DNA of 5,793 nt from Escherichia coli (GTDB taxonomy: Bacteria; Pseudomonadota; Gammaproteobacteria; Enterobacterales; Enterobacteriaceae). The DNA is taken from the NCBI RefSeq assembly GCF_003334255.1, contig NZ_QOWU01000103.1; one strand, given 5' to 3'. Position 1 is the first letter of the stretch. Each line of letters starts with the position of its first letter. The notes beneath the pieces were generated by a model. That model had not been told where the DNA came from, did not search any database, and saw only the letters and a list, made by a program, of their open reading frames with translations. Made by a program: the position numbers and the translations under genes. This document shows positions 1 through 5,055 of the stretch, in pieces.

Positions 1-77
1 GCGCCTCAGCGCGCCGTCGCGTCGATAAAGATTACGGGATGGGGCGAAACTGGTATCTGTTCGAAAAGGGCCGTAAA
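1..77. repeat. Terminal redundancy: exact copy of 5717-5793, marking the circular junction of a 5716-bp replicon
   Basis: Base-by-base comparison shows gcgcctcagcgcgccgtcgcgtcgataaagattacgggatggggcgaaactggtatctgttcgaaaagggccgtaaa at both ends. The rep reading frame is continuous across the junction. Confidence 0.95.
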
Positions 78-452
78 TGGTCTTACAGGGCGATTCGTCA
101 GGGCTGGCCAGCATTCTCACCGTGGCTTGATGCAGTGATTCAGCGTGTCGAAATGTACAACGCATCGCTTCCCGTTCCGCTTTCTCCGGCTGAATGTCGG
201 GCTATTGGCAAGAGTATTGCGAAATACACCTACCGCAAATTCTCTCCTGAAGGCTTTTCCGCGGTACAGGCTGCTCGAGGTCGTAAGGGCGGTAATGCAA
301 ATTCATCAGAAAATCAGGCTATTAAAGGTCAGAAATCAAAGCGTGTAGCCGTTGCCACATCGGCACGAACTCTGAAGCCGTGGGTGACGTTAGGGATCAG
401 TCGTGCCACATACTATCGAAAACTAAAATGTGATCCAGATCTCGCAAAATGA
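1..452 (+). CDS. rep: ColE2-type replication initiator/primase Rep, C-terminal part. It continues from 5239-5793 across the junction; the first full codon starts at base 3 and the stop TGA is at 450-452.
   Basis: The listed ORF 39-452 is in the same phase as the open frame running off the window end (5239 minus 5716 is congruent with 39 mod 3). The joined product is 309 aa. The C-terminus (...TLGISRATYYRKLKCDPDLAK) looks like a helix-turn-helix DNA-binding tail. The ColE2-type ori follows the stop codon directly, as in ColE2-family plasmids. Confidence 0.9.
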   Translation, partial: ASARRRVDKDYGMGRNWYLFEKGRKWSYRAIRQGWPAFSPWLDAVIQRVEMYNASLPVPLSPAECRAIGKSIAKYTYRKFSPEGFSAVQAARGRKGGNANSSENQAIKGQKSKRVAVATSARTLKPWVTLGISRATYYRKLKCDPDLAK

Positions 453-486
453 GACCAGATAACAAGCCTTATCAGATAACAGCGCC
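453..486 (+). other. ColE2-type origin of replication (Rep binding and priming site)
   Basis: gaccagataacaagccttatcagataacagcgcc lies immediately 3' of the rep stop. It closely resembles the ColE2-P9 minimal ori as I recall it (...GAGACCAGATAAGCCTTATCAGATAACAGCGCC...). It contains the direct repeat CAGATAACA at 456-464 and 473-481. Confidence 0.7.
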
Positions 487-501
487 TGTAGGCGTTTTTT
501 T
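481..501 (+). terminator. Rho-independent terminator after rep, overlapping the ori edge
   Basis: Stem agcgcc(481-486)/ggcgtt(491-496) with loop tgta, running into seven T residues (495-501). Confidence 0.5.
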
Positions 502-577
502 GAGCGGGTAGGTTTGGGGTGATTTCCCGTGTTTCGTTTGGCAATGGTTTTAGCGTCTGTGTGTGAGTGGTGGTTGT

Positions 578-628
578 GCTCGCCGCAGTCTCAATGACCG
601 AGCGTAGCGAGCGAATGAGCGAGGAAGC
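578..628. other. Probable PriA-type primosome assembly / single-strand initiation (ssi) sequence
   Basis: gctcgccgcagtctcaatgaccgagcgtagcgagcgaatgagcgaggaagc closely parallels the pMB1/pBR322 stretch GCTCGCCGCAGCCGAACGACCGAGCGCAGCGAGTCAGTGAGCGAGGAAGC (recalled), which lies in the region of the n'-protein recognition site. ColE2 plasmids are reported to carry ssi signals. Confidence 0.4.
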
Positions 629-658
629 ACCAGGGAACCGGAACGTGAACGGAGGCTC

Positions 659-1105
659 TTACGCACTGTCTTTGGTGAGTAGCTCTTTCCCGCGTTTTTC
701 CCATTCCTGCCATTTTGGATGGTTGCGCGGTAGCTCTGCGATTCCTGCGAGTGCGCCTACCAGTTCGGCAGCACTAAACTTTGGTTTTCCGGTTTTGCTG
801 TCCACCAGTCCTGCCACAATCATGAGGCCTGCGGCCTTGTAGAGTTCATGATCCCGCGCCTTTCGTTCCGCCCTTGCGGCTGCCTTCCGTTCTGCCGCTA
901 TTATTGCCGTTACCCTGGCTTTTGCTGCGGCTGCTTTCTCTGCGGTTTTTTCTGCCCGTATCAGTGCGGACAACGTTTTTTCATCCGTCGTTGTTCGGTT
1001 TTTTTTCTCTGCCAGTAACACAAGTAATCTCTGCTGCTCTGACGGTGATTTCAGTCCGTTGATGTAGGCAATTTTTGCACTTAACCACTCTTCACGATTT
1101 GTCAT
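659..1105 (-). CDS. mobC: Relaxosome accessory protein, MobC (RSF1010) / TraD (Ti plasmid)-like, 148 aa from the internal ATG
   Basis: It is divergent from the relaxase across oriT, as in RSF1010. The motif ERKARDHELYKAAGLMIVAGLV resembles the MobC/TraD core (ERK..R..L...G......GL). The ATG at 1105 has the SD-like agaggt 6 nt upstream (revcomp of 1109-1114). The longer ORF start at 1192 has no SD and would run into oriT. Confidence 0.8.
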   Translation of the reverse strand: MTNREEWLSAKIAYINGLKSPSEQQRLLVLLAEKKNRTTTDEKTLSALIRAEKTAEKAAAAKARVTAIIAAERKAAARAERKARDHELYKAAGLMIVAGLVDSKTGKPKFSAAELVGALAGIAELPRNHPKWQEWEKRGKELLTKDSA

Positions 1106-1149
1106 TCTTACCTCTGCACTTTTGCCGTTAATGTGAGTTGTTATTGTGC

Positions 1150-1158
1150 ATAATATCA
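1150..1158 (-). promoter_or_regulatory. Candidate extended -10 promoter for the mobC-like gene
   Basis: The minus strand reads TGaTATTAT (TGn plus a -10 hexamer), about 45 nt upstream of the ATG at 1105. No good -35 was found. Confidence 0.3.
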
Positions 1159-1160
1159 CC

Positions 1161-1189
1161 TTGTCTGCCTGCGTGTGAGACCTTAAAAT
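1161..1189 (+). promoter_or_regulatory. Candidate sigma70 promoter for mobA
   Basis: TTGTCT (1161-1166), 17-nt spacer, TAAAAT (1184-1189). Transcription would read through oriT into mobA. Confidence 0.35.
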
Positions 1190-1253
1190 CATCCCTGATT
1201 AATTCAGGGATGCGCACTTAGACGTTTCTCTCCTTCGTCGAGAAACAGTGCGC
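1190..1253 (-). other. oriT, RSF1010/MOBQ-like, with predicted nic on the minus strand between 1213 and 1212
   Basis: An inverted repeat gtttctc (1224-1230) / gagaaac (1240-1246) has the same arm sequence as the RSF1010 oriT repeat as recalled. On the minus strand the repeat is followed by gtcTAAGTGCG|C, 11 nt to the predicted nick, compared with RSF1010 GAGAAAC-CGGTAAGTGCG|CCCT. A second hairpin follows: catccctga(1190-1198)/tcagggatg(1204-1212). Confidence 0.7.
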
Positions 1254-1276
1254 TCCTGCGGAGGGCTTAACGGCAG

Positions 1277-2362
1277 ATGGCAAGCTACCATTGTACAGTT
1301 AAAACTGGAGCAAAAGGCGTAGCCTTAAAACATGCTGATTATATTTCTAGATCCGGCGAATATAAGAACTACAAATCGCGGGAGGATCTGGAATTTTCGT
1401 CATCCGGTAACATGCCATCATGGGCGAAGAAAAATCCCGCAGAGCTATGGAAAGCAGCAGATGAATTTGAACGAAAAAACGGGACGGCATACCGTGAAAT
1501 TGAGATCGCATTACCGCGAGAACTGACACGCGAACAACGGATAGAACTTGTTGAAGATTTCGTGCAAAAGGAGCTTGGTGATCGCCATGCCTATCAGTAC
1601 GCGATCCACAATCCGCCAGGTGCAATCGACGGAAAGGAACAACCACACGCACATATCATGTTTTGCGAGCGGATTAATGATGGTATTGAACGCGATCCGC
1701 AGCAGTTTTTTAAACGTGCCAACAGCAAATCACCGGAGCGGGGAGGTGCAAAAAAGGCACGCTTTGGTGAGACACCACAAGAGCGAAAATCAGCCTTGGT
1801 TGCGCTACGTTCTCACTGGGCTGATGTGCAGAATGAACACCTTGCGCGGCACGGCCATCAGTCGCGCGTTGATCATCGTTCACTGAAAGAACAGGGTATC
1901 AAGCGCACACCGGAAGTTCATCTTGGTCCCGTTCGTGTTGCTGTTATGAATGCTGATCAGGTTTGTGCAATTCTGGCACGGAGAAACGCGGAACGGGAGA
2001 AGCTAGAAGCAGAGCAGGAACGGGACAGCATCATTGACCTTAAAACGACCTTGAAGGAAGCGTTAGCTGAACGGGATAACATACCACCAAGCCTGGATGA
2101 GCTTGGGGCAGAATTGAAGGCGTTTGTTGAAAGCTCGTTTGATGAACTCAATGAGGTAATGCAGCTTAATTCATTGATTAACGGTGCGCTGGACTCAATG
2201 ATGAAGCAATTCCAGGTGGAAGAGGAGCGGAAGTTGCAACAGGAACGACTAATTGAAGCCGAAAAGCAAAGAGACCTGGAGAGGGAAAGAGAAAGAGTGC
2301 GCCAGCGTGCGTATTCCTCACCAGCACCATCACGTTCACGTGATTATGGTATGAGCCGTTAA
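1277..2362 (+). CDS. mobA: MOBQ-family relaxase (MobA/MobL-type), 361 aa
   Basis: The N-terminus MASYHCTVKTGAKGVALKHADYISRSGEY parallels RSF1010 MobA (MAIYHLTAKTGSR...AKADYIQREGKY), so the predicted catalytic Tyr is Y22. The histidine triad region is HNPPGAIDGKEQPHAHIMF. The C-terminus is a charged coiled coil. SD ggaggg at 1260-1265. Confidence 0.93.
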   Translation: MASYHCTVKTGAKGVALKHADYISRSGEYKNYKSREDLEFSSSGNMPSWAKKNPAELWKAADEFERKNGTAYREIEIALPRELTREQRIELVEDFVQKELGDRHAYQYAIHNPPGAIDGKEQPHAHIMFCERINDGIERDPQQFFKRANSKSPERGGAKKARFGETPQERKSALVALRSHWADVQNEHLARHGHQSRVDHRSLKEQGIKRTPEVHLGPVRVAVMNADQVCAILARRNAEREKLEAEQERDSIIDLKTTLKEALAERDNIPPSLDELGAELKAFVESSFDELNEVMQLNSLINGALDSMMKQFQVEEERKLQQERLIEAEKQRDLERERERVRQRAYSSPAPSRSRDYGMSR

Positions 2363-2382
2363 GCACTGGAGGTTTTTATTTT

Positions 2383-3099
2383 ATGCAATTGGATGAACAT
2401 TCAAGAAAAATTGCTGCTCTTGTTGCGTATAATGATAAACAAATAAAAGAAATGAACAGGCTAATTACTCTGCTTAATGAAAGAGTGAATGACTTAAATA
2501 CCTTTACAAGTACTCTTGAACGTGAAGGTAAAGTTGTTTCTGGAATTTCTTATTCCTTTAGGGATAGTGTGTCTAATGTTAAATTTTATATTAATAAAGG
2601 AATGGATGAGGCATCTTGTAAATTACAGAAATCAGTCTCAGATACACTAACGTCATTACTCCGCGAAAAATTATCTTTCACTCTCAATGATGTAAAGAAA
2701 GAGTGGGTTGATTTCGAGGAGCAAACAAGTAAAGAGATAAAGGAATCATTAAAGCAGACGACCAGAGAGGCCGAAGTTGCGACAGGTATAATTAGAAAAA
2801 CAATGGAGAAGTATACAGTAACAAGGATTGTCGAAAAGGTAATTGTGTTGATTGTATTATTTTTATTGCTAATGATCGCTCCTGTTTTCTATGCTGAATA
2901 TCTCAAAATGAATATTAGTTCGCTAATGGAAGAACAGAAAAAACATGAATCCATGTTAAAAGAATGGAAAGAAAAAGCTCCATTGGCCGAGTTCTCGAAG
3001 TGTGGAGATTATCGTAAAGCATGCGTGTTAGTTGATGACGAAAGCGGATATTATTTTAATGAACAATCACCAAATAAAAAATATGCCATACTGAAATAG
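2383..3099 (+). CDS. Hypothetical coiled-coil, single-pass membrane protein, 238 aa
   Basis: GGAGG (2368-2372) lies 10 nt before the ATG and 20 nt after the mobA stop. About 150 aa are heptad-rich and charged. One hydrophobic helix, VIVLIVLFLLLMIAPVFY, spans aa 153-170. The 68-aa tail has Cys207 and Cys214. The gene is AT-rich like the rest of the cargo. I recognise no family. Confidence 0.75.
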   Translation: MQLDEHSRKIAALVAYNDKQIKEMNRLITLLNERVNDLNTFTSTLEREGKVVSGISYSFRDSVSNVKFYINKGMDEASCKLQKSVSDTLTSLLREKLSFTLNDVKKEWVDFEEQTSKEIKESLKQTTREAEVATGIIRKTMEKYTVTRIVEKVIVLIVLFLLLMIAPVFYAEYLKMNISSLMEEQKKHESMLKEWKEKAPLAEFSKCGDYRKACVLVDDESGYYFNEQSPNKKYAILK

Positions 3100-3108
3100 T
3101 GTTAAGTA

Positions 3109-3142
3109 ACTCATGCCGTCTTATGACTAAGGCTGCATGAGT
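3109..3142. terminator. Hairpin between convergent genes, a possible bidirectional terminator
   Basis: actcatgc(3109-3116)/gcatgagt(3135-3142) plus an inner stem gtctta/taaggc (one G-U pair) with loop tgac. There is no clear U-tract on either strand. Confidence 0.35.
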
Positions 3143-3156
3143 ATAAAAACGGCGTT

Positions 3157-3729
3157 TCACGTAAAAATAAAATAAATACCTGTACCTAATATAAAAATGG
3201 AACTACATATGCTTATGTATCTTGAGAATGATGGCGTCAATTTATCCCTTATCGTTAAGCTAATAGCTATGTAAATAAGATCTGTTAGGAATGATATAAA
3301 TATAAATAAAACACCCAATATAAAAAAGTTTAATGTGATATTTGTATTATTATCTATAAAGGTTGGTATTAACGCAGCAAAGAAAAGATACGCCTTGGGG
3401 TTTAATAATGGTATCAAAAAAGGTTTTTGCTCTTTTCTTTGTTTGTTTTTTTTATTAATTAAACCCATTAATCCTATGTATATTAAATAGCCTCCACCGA
3501 ATATTTTTATAATGTGAAAATGTTGTTCTGTGCTGGATGTTGAGGATAACGCGAAAAGAGATATTGCCATGACGATAGTCTCGCCAATTCTTATGTATAT
3601 ACTTGTTTTTATTGATGACTTTAATCCATGTAAAAAGGCATTGTTTATAACCAATGCAACGCCAGGCCCTATTGATATAGTTTGCGATAAGGTTACGATA
3701 GCAAATGATAATAATGTTGAATATTCCAT
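3157..3729 (-). CDS. LysE/RhtB-family amino-acid (derivative) exporter, 190 aa
   Basis: Family hallmarks can be read directly: N-terminal ...SQTISIGPGVALVINNA (PGP-type motif), KIFGGGYLIYIGLMGL, and LLNPKAYLFFAALIPTFID. About six hydrophobic segments. The start lies 6 nt after the upstream gene's stop. Confidence 0.88.
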   Translation of the reverse strand: MEYSTLLSFAIVTLSQTISIGPGVALVINNAFLHGLKSSIKTSIYIRIGETIVMAISLFALSSTSSTEQHFHIIKIFGGGYLIYIGLMGLINKKNKQRKEQKPFLIPLLNPKAYLFFAALIPTFIDNNTNITLNFFILGVLFIFISFLTDLIYIAISLTIRDKLTPSFSRYISICSSIFILGTGIYFIFT

Positions 3730-3735
3730 GTTTAC

Positions 3736-4686
3736 TTACCATGATATATTTCGTGGGAGCTTTTCATATACATATTCCATAGGAATTGCAGCTTTCGGTA
3801 ATAAATTTATAAATGTTGATATGTGTTTTAGTGAATTGCTGGCGGCGATTGAGTAAAAATTTCCGCTATTCCAATATATTGATGCGTATTTAAAATGTTG
3901 TTTAATTGCGGAAAGCATATCGTCAACACTAACTTCATTCAAATTCATTGTGTTTAGTACGATTTCCTTTTTGGTGTTAATCTCATCTTTCGAGAAATAC
4001 CTTTGTTTGAATGAATAATCTTTTTGGATTTCTCTTTTTTGATATTCATCATGTTCTGAACTATGTTTTTCTGTAAATATGAAAATACCATCATTATTTA
4101 ATAGCCTTTTTACGTGGTTTATTTGCCCAGATCTGTTAGGTGGGTACATTTGAAATGTGGTGTCTTCTATTATAATATCGAATCCTTGATTAAATTGTTT
4201 AAGATTTGAATTTTTTAGTCTTTCCTCTAACAGGAAAAATGGAGTGCAAATAAAATAAGCGTTTTCACTTGAGCCATACTTAAAAAATGCATGTTCATTT
4301 TCTTTTGTTGGACTGGTTGTTAATGTTTGTATGTTTCCTTTTGATAATTCTGAAATGGTTCTTGCCATTGCGCCCTCAGCCATACCAAGACACCATGTGT
4401 TTAATTTTTTGTTTAGCGTGATTGCGTATTTTATTACTGTTGTTCCTAATCTGCACTCTTCTTCCTTGCTGTATGGTATACTGCAAAAATAATGATTAAC
4501 GAAAGGGCCGCTGTTTTTTGTGAGGTGTTTGGCAAACTTAATGTAATCATAAGAATGAAAAAGCCGATCATCTATTTCTACTAGTCTAAAAGGTTTGTGT
4601 TTTTCCCCTGATGCAGTTGATGAGAAAAATTCTGCCATGCCGTTTATTCTCGGAGCGGAAATACATTCATTTATAAAATTATTCAT
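3736..4686 (-). CDS. Divergent class I SAM-dependent methyltransferase-fold protein, CmoA (carboxy-SAM synthase)-like, 316 aa
   Basis: SD agagga lies 7 nt before the ATG. WCLGMAEGAMA aligns to CmoA motif I YDLGCSLGAAT, and IQTLTTSP aligns to IIAIDNSP. FDIIIEDTTFQMY...LLNNDGIFIFTEK aligns to ...LNPGGALVLSEK. The C-terminal FSKDEINTKKEIVLNTM...SVDD...NSGNFYSIAA aligns to CmoA YSELEISQKRSMLENVM...SVET...QCFNFGSLVA. The CmoA sequence was recalled from memory. Confidence 0.8.
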   Translation of the reverse strand: MNNFINECISAPRINGMAEFFSSTASGEKHKPFRLVEIDDRLFHSYDYIKFAKHLTKNSGPFVNHYFCSIPYSKEEECRLGTTVIKYAITLNKKLNTWCLGMAEGAMARTISELSKGNIQTLTTSPTKENEHAFFKYGSSENAYFICTPFFLLEERLKNSNLKQFNQGFDIIIEDTTFQMYPPNRSGQINHVKRLLNNDGIFIFTEKHSSEHDEYQKREIQKDYSFKQRYFSKDEINTKKEIVLNTMNLNEVSVDDMLSAIKQHFKYASIYWNSGNFYSIAASNSLKHISTFINLLPKAAIPMEYVYEKLPRNISW

Positions 4687-4787
4687 TTTCCTATCCTCTG
4701 GTTTGATTTTTGGAATTTGTTGTTATGACTCTTCAATGCTAATTCTCTTGTAAGCTTTTTTACACGCCATAAACACGATTATGATGT

Positions 4788-4814
4788 TTTATATTGTCGA
4801 TATTTCGTTGTCCA
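4788..4814 (-). promoter_or_regulatory. Candidate promoter of the CmoA-like/LysE operon
   Basis: The minus strand reads TGGACA (4814-4809), 15-nt spacer, TATAAA (4793-4788). The alternative is a 17-nt spacer to TAAAAC. The spacing is suboptimal, and the leader would be about 100 nt. Confidence 0.25.
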
Positions 4815-4937
4815 GACTGGATATGTTTGGAAATTTGTTTTCATGCGGGTTAGTTCAGCTGGCTTTCTGGATGAGAAAGTTTGCTGTTTTGACCAGTTCG
4901 CGCTTCTGAAGGGGTGAAACCGATCATTAATCGCTTT

Positions 4938-4955
4938 TGTGCATAGTTATGCAGG
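4938..4955 (+). promoter_or_regulatory. ARG-box-like palindrome, a putative ArgR accessory site of the cer-like locus
   Basis: tgTGCATAgtTATGCAgg is a perfect 6-bp palindrome. It resembles the ColE1 cer box TTGCATAGGTATTCATA (recalled) and lies 102 bp upstream of the XerC arm. Confidence 0.45.
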
Positions 4956-5055
4956 CCCCTAAAAACGATTCTGACGCGTTTTTTGTGTTTTCCCTAGGTT
5001 TATCTTGTCTTTTTGAGTTTTTTGCGTCAGAAAGCGATTGAGAGCGTTTTAGAGG

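Noticed and set aside
145-348. 67-aa plus-strand ORF nested in rep
   Set aside because: It lies in an alternate frame wholly inside the well-supported rep CDS. It has no RBS and a low-complexity Arg/Leu-rich translation.
567-1062. Plus-strand ORFs 567-842 (91 aa) and 874-1062 (62 aa)
   Set aside because: They are antisense shadows of the mobC-like gene and the ssi region. The translations are Leu/Ser/Pro-rich, typical of reading opposite a real gene, and no SD is present.
1106-1192. N-terminal 29-aa extension of the mobC-like ORF (start at 1192)
   Set aside because: There is no SD before 1192. The extension overlaps the oriT hairpin and the candidate promoters, whereas the ATG at 1105 has agaggt 6 nt upstream and begins the conserved-looking sequence.
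1332-2366. Nested ORFs inside mobA on both strands (1332-1526, 1347-1652, 1548-1886, 1957-2151, 2178-2366)
   Set aside because: Overlapping mob genes do exist (mobB in RSF1010, mbeB/mbeD in ColE1), so I looked at these. The translations are Arg/Ser/Cys/His-rich, lack SDs and do not resemble MobB/MbeB-type proteins. I treat them as frame shadows.
3446-3453. T8 homopolymer (A8 on the coding strand) inside the LysE gene, considered as a slipped-strand phase-variation tract
   Set aside because: It encodes a Lys-rich cytoplasmic loop (NKKNKQRKEQK) expected in such transporters. A similar 8-nt run occurs in the mobC-like gene (999-1006). Eight bases is short for a contingency locus.
3455-3856. ORFs 3455-3742 (-) and 3530-3856 (+) overlapping the LysE and CmoA-like genes
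   Set aside because: They are alternate-frame or antisense ORFs in very AT-rich DNA, where stop-free runs are still only about 100 codons. They have no RBS, and the overlapped genes carry clear family motifs.
4723-4770. 15-codon minus-strand mini-ORF (MACKKAYKRISIEES) in the leader of the CmoA-like gene, considered as a leader or RiPP-precursor peptide
   Set aside because: It has no SD and is very short, and nothing else in the window (no cyclase, protease or ATP-grasp gene) suggests peptide maturation. This is pure speculation.
4781-4909. 42-codon plus-strand ORF (MMFYIVDISLSRLDMFGNLFSCGLVQLAFWMRKFAVLTSSRF), a possible small hydrophobic peptide
   Set aside because: No SD precedes the ATG. 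It spans the opposing promoter region and runs into the cer accessory DNA. It cannot be supported without expression or conservation data.
4961-4983. aaaaacg...cgttttt hairpin with a T-run, considered as a terminator
   Set aside because: The stem is almost entirely A-T with a 9-nt loop, and it sits inside the cer-like accessory region. It is not a credible intrinsic terminator.
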